In this document: positions 27,201-42,888 of the stretch, in pieces
How the letters are laid out: each line of letters begins with the position of its first letter
Position numbering within the stretch: the first letter of the stretch is position 1
Assembly: GCA_964035545.1 (NCBI GenBank)
Contig: CAXIUT010000097.1
Location: forward strand, 124,001-188,000
Length of the DNA: 64,000 nucleotides
Reading direction: 5' to 3'
DNA from: Bugula neritina
Lineage: Eukaryota > Animalia > Bryozoa
Position numbers and translations under genes: made by a program
Notes under the pieces: model-generated
Database searches by the model: none
Seen by the model: only the letters and a program-made list of their open reading frames with translations
What the model was told of the DNA's origin: nothing

Positions 27201-30200
27201 CATACTGCAACATACTGAAATACACTGCAACACATTCAAATACACCGCAAAATACTACAACATACTGAAATGCACAGTAACATATTGAAATACACTGCAT
27301 CGCATTGAAATATACTGCAATGTACCGAAATATATGGTAAACTACTGAAATATACTGTCACACATTGAAAAACACTGCAACATACTGAAATATACTGCGA
27401 CACATTGCAATATACTGTAACATACTGAAATAGGCTGTAGCACACTGAAATACACTGCAACTCACTGAAATATACTGCAACATACTGAAATACACTGTAA
27501 CATATTAAAATATACTGCAACATACTGAAATATAGTGCTACATACTGAAATATACTGCAACATACTGCAACATAGTGAAATACACTGTAACATACTGAAA
27601 TACACTGCAACATACTACAACATATTGAAATACACTGCAACACATTGAAATATACTGCAACACACCTAAATATACGGTAATATACTGAAATATACTGTAA
27701 CACATTGAAAAACACTGCAACATACTGAAATACACTGCAACACATTCAAATACACCGCAAAATACTACAACATACTGAAATGCACTGTAACATATCGAAA
27801 TACACTGCAACACATTGAAATATACTGCAATGTACCAAAATATATGGTAAACTACTGAAATATACTGTCACACATTGAAAAATACTGCAACATACTGAAA
27901 TATACTGCGACACATTGCACTATACTGTAACATACTGAAATATGCTGTAGCACACTGAAATACACTGCAACATACTGAAATACACTGTAACATATTAAAA
28001 TATACTGCAACATACTGAAATACACTGCAGAATACCGAAATACACTGTAACATACTGAAATATACTGCAAAATACTGAAATACACTGCTACATACTGAAA
28101 TATACTGCGACACACTGTGACATACTGCAACATACTAAAATACACTGTAACATATTGAAATACACTGCAACACATTGAAATATACTGCAATGTACCGAAA
28201 TATATGGTAAACTACTGAAATATACTGTCACACATTGAAAAATACTGCAACATACTGAAATATACTGCGACACATTGCAATATACTGTAACATACTGAAA
28301 TATGCTGTAGCACACTGAAATACACTGCAACTCACTGAAATATACTGCAACATACTGAAACACACTGTAACCTATTGAAGTATACTGCAACATACTGAAA
28401 TACATTGCTACATACTGAAATATACTGCAACATACTGCAACATACTGAAATACACTGTAACATACTGATATACCCTGCAACATACTACAACATATTGAAA
28501 GACACTGCAACACATTGAAATATACTGCAACATACCTAAATATACGGTAATATACCAAAATATACTGTAACACATTGAAAAGTACTGCAACATACTGAAA
28601 TACACTGCAACACACCGAAAAACACTGAAAATACTGTAACACACTGAAATATACTGCAAAATACTGAAATACACTGCTACATACTGAAATACACTGCAAC
28701 ACACTACAACATACTGCAACATACTAAAATATACTGCAACATACTGAAATACACTGCAAAATACTGAAATACACTGTAACATACTGAAGTATACTGCAAC
28801 ATACTGAAATACACTGCTACATACTGAAATATACTGCGACACATTGCAATATACTGTAACATACTGAAATAGGCTGTAGCACACTGAAATACACTGCAAC
28901 TCACTGAAATATACTGCAACATACTGAAATACACTGTAACATATTAAAATATACTGCAACATACTGAAATATAGTGCTACATACTGAAATATACTGCAAC
29001 ATACTGCAACATAGTGAAATACACTGTAACATACTGAAATACACTGCAACATACTACAACATATTGAAATACACTGCAACACATTGAAATATACTGCAAC
29101 ACAACTAAATATACGGTAATATACTGAAATATACTGTAACACATTGAAAAACACTGCAACATACTGAAATACACTGCAACACATTCAAATACACCGCAAA
29201 ATACTACAACATACTGAAATGCACTGTAACATATCGAAATACACTGCAACGCATTGAAATATACTGCAATGTACCAAAATATATGGTAAACTACTGAAAT
29301 ATACTGTCACACATTGAAAAATACTGCAACATACTGAAATATACTGCGACACATTGCAATATACTGTAACATACTGAAATATGCTGTAGCACACTGAAAT
29401 ACACTGCAACATACTGAAATACACTGTAACATATTAAAATATACTGCAACATACTGAAATACACTGCAGAATACCGAAATACACTGTAACATACTGAAAT
29501 ATACTGCAAAATACTGAAATACACTGCTACATACTGAAATATACTGCGACACACTGTGACATACTGCAACATACTAAAATACACTGTAACATATTGAAAT
29601 ACACTGCAACACATTGAAATATACTGCAATGTACCGAAATATATGGTAAACTACTGAAATATACTGTCACACATTGAAAAATACTGCAACATACTGAAAT
29701 ATACTGCGACACATTGCAATATACTGTAACATACTGAAATATGCTGTAGCACACTGAAATACACTGCAACTCACTGAAATATACTGCAACATACTGAAAC
29801 ACACTGTAACCTATTGAAATATACTGCAACATACTGAAATACATTGCTACATACTGAAATATACTGCAACATACTGCAACATACTGAAGGACACTGTAAC
29901 ATACTGATATACCCTGCAACATACTACAACATATTGAAAGACACTGCAACACATTGAAATATACTGCAACATACCTAAATATACGGTAATATACCAAAAT
30001 ATACTGTAACACATTGAAAAGTACTGCAACATACTGAAATACACTGCAACACACCGAAAAACACTGAAAATACTGTAACACACTGAAATATACTGCAAAA
30101 TACTGAAATACACTGCTACATACTGAAATACACTGCAACACACTACAACATACTGCAACATACTAAAATATACTGCAACATACTGAAATACACTGCAAAA

Positions 30201-33200
30201 TACTGAAATACACTGTAACATACTGAAGTATACTGCAACATACTGAAATACACTGCTACATACTGAAATATACTGCAACACACAGCAACATACTGCAACA
30301 TACTAAAATACACTGTAACATATTGGAATACACTGCAACACATTGAAATATACTGCAAAATACTGAAATATACTGCGACATACCTAAATATACGATAATA
30401 TACTGAAATATACTCTAACACATTGAAAAACACTGCAACATACTGAAATACACTGCAACACATTAAAATACACCGCAAAATACTACAACATACTGAAATA
30501 CACTGTAACACACTGAAATATACTGCAAAATACTGAAATACACTGCTACATACTGAAATATACTGCAACACACTGCGACATACTGCAACAAACTAAAATA
30601 CACTGTAACATATTGAAATACACTGCAACACATTGAAATATACTGCAATGTACCGAAATATATGGTAAACTACTGAAATATACTGTCACACATTGAAAAA
30701 TACTGCAACATACTGAAATATACTGCGACACATTGCAATATACTGTAACATACTGAAATATGCTGTAGCACACTGAAATACACTGCAACATACTGAAATA
30801 CACTGTAACGTATTAAAATATACTGCAACATACTGAAATACACTGCAGAATACCGAAATACACTGTAACATACTGAAATATACTGCAAAATACTGAAATA
30901 CACTGCTACATACTGAAATATACTGCGACACACTGCGACATACTGCAACATACTAAAATACACTGTAACATATTGAAACACACTGCAACACATTGAAATA
31001 TACTGCAATGTACCGAAATATATGGTAAACTACTGAAATATACTGTCACACATTGAAAAATACTGCAACATACTGAAATGTACTGCGACACATTGCAATA
31101 TACTGTAACATACTGAAATATGCTGTAGCACACTGAAATACACTGCAACTCACTGAAATATACTGCAACATACTGAAACACACTGTAACATATTGAAATA
31201 TACTGCAACATACTGAAATACATTGCTACATACTGAAATATACTGCAACATACTGCAACATACTGAAATACACTGTAACATACTGAAATACGCTGCAACA
31301 TACTACAACATATTGAAAGACACTGCAACACAGTGAAATATACTGCAACATACCTAAATATACGGCAACATACCAAAATACACTGTAACACATTGAAAAA
31401 TACTGCAACATACTGAAATACACTGCAACACATCGAAAAACACTGAAAATACTGTAAAACACTGAAATATACTGCAAAATACTGAAATACACTGCTACAT
31501 ACTGAAATATACTGCGACACACTGCAACATACTGCAACATACTAAAATATACTGCAACATACTGAAATACACTGCAAAATACTGAAATACACTGTAACAT
31601 ACTGAAATATACTGCAACATACTGAAGTACACTCCTACATACTGAAATATACTGCAACTCACTGCAACATACTGCAACATACTAAATTACACTGTAACAT
31701 ATTGAAATACACTGCAACACATTGAAATATACTGCAAAATACTGAAATACACTGCTACATACTGAAATATACTGCGACACACTGCAACATACTGCAACAT
31801 ACTAAAATATACTGCAACATACTGAAATACACTGCAAAATACTGAAATACACTGTAACATACTGAAATATACTGCAACATACTGAAGTACACTCCTACAT
31901 ACTGAAATATACTGCAACTCACTGCAACATACTGCAACATACTAAATTACACTGTAACATATTGAAATACACTGCAACACATTGAAATATACTGCAAAAT
32001 ACTGAAATACACTGCTACAACACTGAAATATATTCAACACACGGCAAAATACTGCAACATACTAAAATATGCTGCAATATACTGAAATCCACTGCAAAAT
32101 ACTGAAATACACTATAACATACTGAAATATACTGCAACATACTGAAATATACTGCTACATACTGAAATATACTGCCACACACTGCAACATACTGCAACAT
32201 ACCAGAACACACTGTAACATAATGAAATACACTGCAACACATTGAAATATACTGCAAAATACTGAAATACACTGCTATATACTGAAATACACTGCAACAC
32301 ACTACAACATACTGCAACATACGAAAATATACTGCAACATACTGAAATACACTGCAAAATACTGAAATACACTGTAACATACTGAAGTATACTGCAACAT
32401 ACTGAAATACACTGCTACATACTGAAATATACTGCAACACACAGCAACATACTGCAACATCCTAAAATACACTGTAACATATTGGAATACACTGCAACAC
32501 ATTAATTATACTGCAAAATACTGAAATACACTGCTACATACTGAAATATACTGCAACATACTGCAACATACTGAAATACACTGCAACACATTCAAATACA
32601 CCGCAAAATACTACAACATACTGAAATGCACAGTAACATATTGAAATACACTGCAACGCATTGAAATATACTGCAATGTACCGAAATATATGGTAAACTA
32701 CTGAAATATACTGTCACACATTGAAAAACACTGCAACATACTAAAATATACTGCAACATACTGAAATACACTGCAAAATACTGAAATACACTGTAACATA
32801 CTGAAGTATACTGCAACATACTGAAATACACTGCTACATACTGAAATATACTGCGACACATTGCAATATACTGTAACATACTGAAATAGGCTGTAGCACA
32901 CTGAAATACACTGCAACTCACTGTAATATACTGCAACATACTGAAATACACTGTAACATATTAAAATATACTGCAACATACTGAAATATAGTGCTACATA
33001 CTGAAATATACTGCAACATACTGCAACATAGTGAAATACACTGTAACATACTGAAATACACTGCAACATACTACAACATATTGAAATACACTGCAACACA
33101 TTGAAATATACTGCAACACACCTAAATATACGGTAATATACTGAAATATACTGTAACACATTGAAAAACACTGCAACATACTGAAATACACTGCAACACA

Positions 33201-36200
33201 TTCAAATACACCGCAAAATACTACAACATACTGAAATGCACTGTAACATATCGAAATACACTGCAACGCATTGAAATATACTGCAATGTACCAAAATATA
33301 TGGTAAACTACTGAAATATACTGTCACACATTGAAAAATACTGCAACATACTGAAATATACTGCGACACATTGCAATATACTGTAACATACTGAAATATG
33401 CTGTAGCACACTGAAATACACTGCAACATACTGAAATACACTGTAACATATTAAAATATACTGCAACATACTGAAATACACTGCAGAATACCGAAATACA
33501 CTGTAACATACTGAAATATACTGCAAAATACTGAAATACACTGCTACATACTGAAATATACTGCGACACACTGTGACATACTGCAACATACTAAAATACA
33601 CTGTAACATATTGAAATACACTGCAACACATTGAAATATACTGCAATGTACCGAAATATATGGTAAACTACTGAAATATACTGTCACACATTGAAAAATA
33701 CTGCAACATACTGAAATATACTGCGGCACATTGCAATATACTGTAACATACTGAAATATGCTGTAGCACACTGAAATACACTGCAACTCACTGAAATATA
33801 CTGCAACATACTGAAACACACTGTAACCTATTGAAATATACTGCAACATACTGAAATACATTGCTACATACTGAAATATACTGCAACATACTGCAACATA
33901 CTGAAATACACTGTAACATACTGATATACCCTGCAACATACTACAACATATTGAAAGACACTGCAACACATTGAAATATACTGCAACATACCTAAATATA
34001 CGGTAATATACCAAAATATACTGTAACACATTGAAAAGTACTGCAACATACTGAAATACACTGCAACACACCGAAAAACACTGAAAATACTGTAACACAC
34101 TGAAATATACTGCAAAATACTGAAATACACTGCTACATACTGAAATACACTGCAACACACTACAACATACTGCAACATACTAAAATATACTGCAACATAC
34201 TGAAATACACTGCAAAATACTGAAATACACTGTAACATACTGAAGTATACTGCAACATACTGAAATACACTGCTACATACTGAAATATACTGCAACACAC
34301 AGCAACATACTGCAACATACTAAAATACACTGTAACATATTGGAATACACTGCAACACATTGAAATATACTGCAAAATACTGAAATACACTGCTACATAC
34401 TGAAATATACTGCAACATACTGCAACATACTGAAATACACTGCAACACATTCAAATACACCGCAAAATACTACAACATACTGAAATGCACTGTAACATAT
34501 TGAAATACACTGTAACATATTAAAATATACGGCAACATACTGAAATATACTGCGACACATTGCAATATACTGTAACATACTGAAATAGGCTGTAGCACAC
34601 TGAAATACACTGCAACTCACTGAAATATACTGCAACATACTGAAATACACTGTAACATATTGAAATATACTGCAACACACTGAAATATAGTGCTACATAC
34701 TGAAATATACTGCTACATACTGAAATACACTGCAACATACTGCAACATACTGAAATACACTGCAACACATTGAAATATACTGCAACATACCTAAATATAC
34801 GGTAATATACTGAAAAATACTGTAACACATTGAAAAACACTGCAACATACTGAAATACACTGCAACACATTCAAATACACCGCAAAATACTACAACATAC
34901 TGAAATGCACTGTAACATATTGAAATACACTGCAACACATTGAAATATACTGCAATGTACCGAAATATATGGTAAACTACTGAAATATACTGTCACACAT
35001 TGAAAAATACTGCAACATACTGAAATATACTGCGACACATTGCAATATACTGTAACATACTGAAATATGCTGTAGCACACTGAAATACACTGCAACATAC
35101 TGAAATACACTGTAACATATTAAAATATACTGCAACATACTGAAATACACTGCAGAATACCGAAATACACTGTAACATACTGAAATATACTGCAAAATAC
35201 TGAAATACACTGCTACATACTGAAATATACTGCGACACACTGCGACATACTGCAACATACTAAAATACACTGTAACATATTGAAACACACTGCAACACAT
35301 TGAAATATACTGCAATGTACCGAATTATATGGTAAACTACTGAAATATACTCTAACACATTGAAAAACACTGCAACATACTGAAATATACTGCGGCACAT
35401 TGCAATATACTGTAACATACTGAAATATGCTGTAGCACACTGAAATACACTGCAACTCACTGAAATATACTGCAACATACTGAAACACACTGTAACATAT
35501 TGAAATACACTGCAACACATTGAAATATACTGCAATGTACCGAAATATATGGTAAACTACTGAAATATACTGTCACACATTGAAAAATACTGCAACATAC
35601 TGAAATATACTGCGACACATTGCAATATACTGTAACATACTGAAATAGGCTGTAGCACACTGAAATACACTGCAACTCACTGAAATATACTGCAACATAC
35701 TGAAATACACTGTAACATATTGAAATATACTGCAACACACTGAAATATAGTGCTACATACTGAAATATACTGCAACATACTGCAACATAGTGAAATACAC
35801 TGTAACATACTGAAATACACTGCAACATACTACAACATATTTCAATACACTGCAACACATTGAAATATACTGCAACATACCTAAATATACGATAATATAC
35901 TGAAATATACTCTAACACATTGAAAAACACTGCAACATACTGAAATACACTGCAACACATTCAAATACACCGCAAAATACTACAACATACTGAAATACAC
36001 TGTAACACACTGAAATATACTGCAAAATACTGAAATACACTGCTACATACTGAAATATACTGCAACACACTGCGACATACTGCAACATACTAAAATACAC
36101 TGTAACATATTGAAATACACTGCAACACATTGAAATATACTGCAATGTACCGAAATATATGGTAAACTACTGAAATATACTGTCACACATTGAAAAATAC

Positions 36201-39200
36201 TGCAACATACTGAAATATACTGCGACACATTGCAATATACTGTAACATACTGAAATATGCTGTAGCACACTGAAATACACTGCAACATACTGAAATACAC
36301 TGTAACGTATTAAAATATACTGCAACATACTGAAATACACTGCAGAATACCGAAATACACTGTAACATACTGAAATATACTGCAAAATACTGAAATACAC
36401 TGCTACATACTGAAATATACTGCGACACACTGCGACATACTGCAACATACTAAAATACACTGTAACATATTGAAACACACTGCAACACATTGAAATATAC
36501 TGCAATGTACCGAAATATATGGTAAACTACTGAAATATACTGTCACACATTGAAAAATACTGCAACATACTGAAATGTACTGCGACACATTGCAATATAC
36601 TGTAACATACTGAAATATGCTGTAGCACACTGAAATACACTGCAACTCACTGAAATATACTGCAACATACTGAAACACACTGTAACATATTGAAATATAC
36701 TGCAACATACTGAAATACATTGCTACATACTGAAATATACTGCAACATACTGCAACATACTGAAATACACTGTAACATACTGAAATACGCTGCAACATAC
36801 TACAACATATTGAAAGACACTGCAACACAGTGAAATATACTGCAACATACCTAAATATACGGCAACATACCAAAATACACTGTAACACATTGAAAAATAC
36901 TGCAACATACTGAAATACACTGCAACACATCGAAAAACACTGAAAATACTGTAAAACACTGAAATATACTGCAAAATACTGAAATACACTGCTACATACT
37001 GAAATATACTGCGACACACTGCAACATACTGCAACATACTAAAGTAAACTGCAACATACTGAAATACACTGTAAAATACTGAAATACACTGTAACATACT
37101 GAAGTATACTGCAACATACTGAAATACACTGCTACATACTGAAATATACTGCAACACACAGCAACATACTGCAACATACTAAAATACACTGTAACATATT
37201 GGAATACACTGCAACACATTGAAATATACTGCAAAATACTGAAATACACTGCTACATACTGAAATATACGGCAACATACTGCAACATACTGAAATACACT
37301 GCAACACATTCAAATACACCGCAAAATACTACAACATACTGAAATACACTGCAAGACATTGAAATATACTGCAACATACCTAAATATACGGTAATATACT
37401 GAAATATACTGTAACACATTGAAATATACTGCAACATACTGAAATACACTGCAACACATTCAAATACACCGCAAAATACTACAACATACTGAAATGCACT
37501 GTAACATATCGAAATACACTGCAACACATTGAAATATACTGCAATGTACCGAAATATATGGTAAACTACTGAAATATACTGTCACACATTGAAAAATACT
37601 GCAACATACTGAAATATACTGCGACACATTGCAATATACTGTAACATACTGAAATATGCGGTAGCACACTGAAATACACTGCAACTCACTGAAATATACT
37701 GCAACATACTGAAATACACTGTAACATATTGAAATATACTGCAACATACTGAAATACAGTGCTACATACTGAAATATACTGCAACATACTGCAACATAGT
37801 GAAATATACTGTAACATACTGAAATACACTGCAACAAACTACAACATATTAAAAGACACTGCAACACATTGAAATATACTGCAACATACCTAAATATACG
37901 GTAATATACCAAAATATACTGTAACACATTTAAAAATACTGCAACATACTGAAATACACTGCAACACACTGAAATACACTGCAAAATACTGAAATACACT
38001 GTAACATACTGAAATATACTGCAACATACTGAAATACACTGCTACATACTGAAATATACTGCAACACACAGCAACATACTGCAACATACTAAAATACACT
38101 GTAACATATTGGAATACACTGCAACACATTGAAATATACTGCAAAATACTGAAATACACTGCTACATACTGAAATATACTGCAACATACTGCAACATACT
38201 GAAATACACTGCAACACATTCAAATACACCGCAAAATACTACAACATACTGAAATGCACTGTAACATATCGAAATACACTGCAACACATTGAAATATACT
38301 GCAATGTACCGAAATATATGGTAAACTACTGAAATATACTGTCACACATTGAAAAATACTGCAACATACTGAAATATACTGCGACACATTGCAATATACT
38401 GTAACATACTGAAATATGCTGTAGCACACTGAAATACACTGCAACTCACTGAAATATACTGCAACATACTGAAATACACTGTAACTTATTGAAATATACT
38501 GCAACATACTGAAATACAGTGCTACATACTGAAATATACTGCAACATACTGCAACATAGTGAAATACACTGTAACATACTGAAATACACTGCAACAAACT
38601 ACAACATATTGAAAGACACTGCAACACATTGAAATATACTGCAACATACCTAAATATACGGTAATATACCAAAATATACTGTAACACATTTAAAAATACT
38701 GCAACATACTGAAATACACTGCAACACACTGAAATACACTGCAAAATACTGAAATACACTGTAACATACTGAAATATACTGCAACATACTGAAATACACT
38801 GCTACATACTGAAATATACTGCAACACACTGCAACATACTGCAACATACTAAAATACACTGTAACATATTGAAATACACTGCAACACATCGAAATATACT
38901 GCAAAATACTGAAATACACTGCTACATACTGAAATATACTGCGACACACTGCAACATACTGCAACATACTAGAATACACTGTAACCTAATGAAATACACT
39001 GCAACACATTGAAATATACTGCAAAATACTGAAATACACTGCTATATACTGAAATGTACTGCAACACACTACAACATACTGCAACATGCTAAAATATACT
39101 GCAAAATACTGAAACACCCTGCAAAATACTGAAATACACTGTAACATACTGAAGTATACTGCAACATACTGAAATACACTTCTACATACTGAAATATGCT

Positions 39201-42200
39201 GCAACACACAGCAACATACTGCAACATACTAAAATACACTGTAACATATTGGAATACACTGCAACACATTGAAATATACTGCAAAATACTGAAATACACT
39301 GCTACATACTGAAATATACTGCGACACACTGCAATTTACTGCAACATACTAAAATACACTGTAACATATTGAAATAGACTGCAACACTTTGAAATATACT
39401 GCAAAATACTGAAATACACTGCTACATACTGGAATATACTGCGACACACTGCAAGATACTGCAACATACTAAAATAAACTGCAACATACTGAAATACACT
39501 GCAGAATACTGAAATACACTGTAACATACTGAAATATACTGCAAAATACTGAAATACACTGCTACATACTGAAATATACTGCAACACACTGCGACATACT
39601 GCAACATACTAAAATACACTGTAACATATTGAAATACACTGCAACACATTGAAATATACTGCAATGTACTGAAATATATGCTAAACTACTGAAATATACT
39701 GTCACACATTGAAAAACACTGCAACATACTGATATATACTGCGACACATTGCAATATACTGTAACATACTGAAATAGGCTGTAGCATACTGAAATACACT
39801 GCAACTCACTGAAATATCCTGCAACATACTGAAATACACTGTAACATATTGAAATACACTGCAACATACTGAAATATAGTGCTACATACTGAAATATACT
39901 GCAACATACTGCAACATAGTGAAATACACTGTAACATAGTGAAATACACTGCAACATACTACAACATATTGAAATACACTGCAACACATTGAAATTTACT
40001 GCAACATACCCAAATATACGGTAATCTACTGAAATATACTGTAACACATTGAAAAACACTGCAACATACTGAAATACACTGCAACACATTCAAATACACC
40101 GCAAAATACTACAACATACTGAAATGCACTGTAACATATTATGAAATACACTGCAACACATTGAAATATACTGCAATGTACCGAAATATATGGTAAACTA
40201 CTGAAATATAATGTCACACATTGAAAAATACTGCAACATACTGAAATATACTGCGACACATTGCAATATACTGTAACATACTGAAATATGCTGTAGCACA
40301 CTGAAATACACTGCAACTCACTGAAATATACTGCAACATACTGAATTACACTGTAACAAATTGAAATATACTGCAACATACTGAAATACAGTGCTACATA
40401 CTGAAATATACTGAAACATACTGCAACATAGTGAAATACACTGTACCATACTGAAATACACTGCAACATACTACAACATATTGAAATACACTGCAACACA
40501 TTGAAATATACTGCAACATACCTAAATATACTGTGATATACTGAAATATACTGTAACACATTGAAAAACACTGCAACATACTGAAATACACTGCAATGCA
40601 CTGAGATACACCGCAAAATACTACAACATACTGAAATGCACTGTAACATATTGAAATACACTGCAACACATTGAAATATACTGCAATGTACCGAAATATA
40701 TTGTAAACTACTGAAATATACTGTCACACATTGAAAAGTACTGCAACATACTGAAATATACTGCGACACGTTGCAATATACTGTAACATACTGAAATATG
40801 CTATAGCACACTGAAATACACTGCAACTCACTGAAATATACTGCAACATACTGCAACATAGTGAAATACACTGTAACATACTGAAATACACTGCGACATA
40901 CTACAACATATTGAAAGACACTGCAACACATTAAAATATACTGCAACACACCTAAATATACGGTAATATACCAAAATATACTGTAACACATTTAAAAACA
41001 CTGCAACCTACTGAAATACACTGCAACACACTGAAATACACTGCAAAATACTGTAACACACTAAAATACACTGCAACACACTGCAATTTACTGCAACATA
41101 CTAAAATATACTGCAACATACTGAAATACACTGCAAAATACTGAAATATACTGCAACACACTGCAACTTACTGCAACATACTAAAATACACTGTAACATA
41201 TTGAATTACACTGCAACACATTGAAATATACTGCAAAATACTGAAATACACTGCTACATACTGAAATATACTGCGACACACTGCAACATACTGCAACATA
41301 CTAAAATATACTGCAAAATACTGAAATACACTGCAAAATACTGAAATACACTGTAACATACTGAAATATACTGCAACATACTGAAATACACTGCTACATA
41401 CTGAAATATACTGCAAAATACTGCAACATACTAAAATACAATGTAACATATTGAAATACACTGCAACACATTGAAATATACTGCAAAATACTGAAATACA
41501 CTGCTACATACTGAAATATACTGCGACACACTGCAACATACTGCAACATACTAAAATACACTGCAACATACTGAAATACACTGCAGAATACTGAAATACA
41601 CTGTAACATACTGAAATATACTGCAAAATACTGAAATACACTGCTACATACTGAATTATACTGCAACACACTGCGACATACTGCAAGATACTAAAATACA
41701 CTGTAACATATTGAAATACAGTGCAACACATTGAAATATACTGCAATGTACCGAAATATATGGTAAACTACTGAAATATACTGTCACACATTGAAAAATA
41801 CTGCAACATACTGAAATATACTGCGACACATTGCAATATACTGTAGCATACTGAAATACGCTGTAGCACACTGAAATACACTGCAACTTACTGAAATATA
41901 CTGCAAAATACTGGAATACACTGCTACATACTGAAATATACTGCGACACACTACAACATACTGCAACATACTAAAGTATACTGCAACATACTGAAATACA
42001 CTGTAAAATACTGAAATACACTATAACATACTGAAATATACTGCAACATACTGAAATATACTGCTACATACTGAAATATACTGCCACACACTGCAACATA
42101 CTGCAACATACCAGAACACACTGCAAAATACTGAAATACACTGTAACATACTGAAGTATACTGCAACATACTGCAACATAGCGAAATACACTGTAACATA

Positions 42201-42886
42201 CTGAAATACACTGCGACATACTACAACATATTGAAAGACACTGCAACACATTGAAATATACTGCAACATACCTAAATATACGGTAATATACCAAAAAATA
42301 CTGTAACACATTTAAAAATACTGCAACGCACTGAAATACACTGCAACACACTGAAATACACTGCAAAATACTGTAACACACTGAAATATACTGCAACACA
42401 CTGCAACATACTGCAACATACTAAAATATACTGCAAAATACTGAAATACACTTCAAAATACTGAAAAACACTGTAACATACTGAAATATACTGCAACATA
42501 CTGAAATACACTGCTACCTACTGGAATATAGTGCAACACACTGCAACATACTGCAACATACTAAAACACACTGTACATTATTGAAATACACTGCAACACA
42601 TTGAAATATACAGCAAAATACTGAAATACACTGCTACATACTGAAATATACTGCGACACACTGCACGATACTGCAACATACTAAAATATACTGCAACATA
42701 CTGAAATACACTGCTACATACTGAAATATACTGCAAAATACTGCAACATACTAAAATACAATGTAACATATTGAAATACACTGCAACACATTGAAATATA
42801 CTGCAACATACTGAAATACACTGTAACATACTGAAATACACTGCAACATACTACAACATATTGAAATACACTGCAACACATTGAAA

Positions 42887-42888
42887 TA
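42887..42888. other. Empty (pre-insertion) target site, single TA
   Basis: ~42170-42888 matches ~2403-3121, sharing rare variants GCGAAATAC, CTTCAAAATAC, GTACATTATTG and CTGCACGATAC. It runs directly into CATCGCAAAATAC...GTACTTAAAT, which is the right flank at 8500 and 58551. Confidence 0.9.

Noticed and set aside
40131-40150. +2 insertion (CATATTATGAAA) as a TA excision footprint
   Set aside because: It is not a tandem TA duplication of the normal CATATTGAAA and its context is not the insertion site; likely a simple indel.
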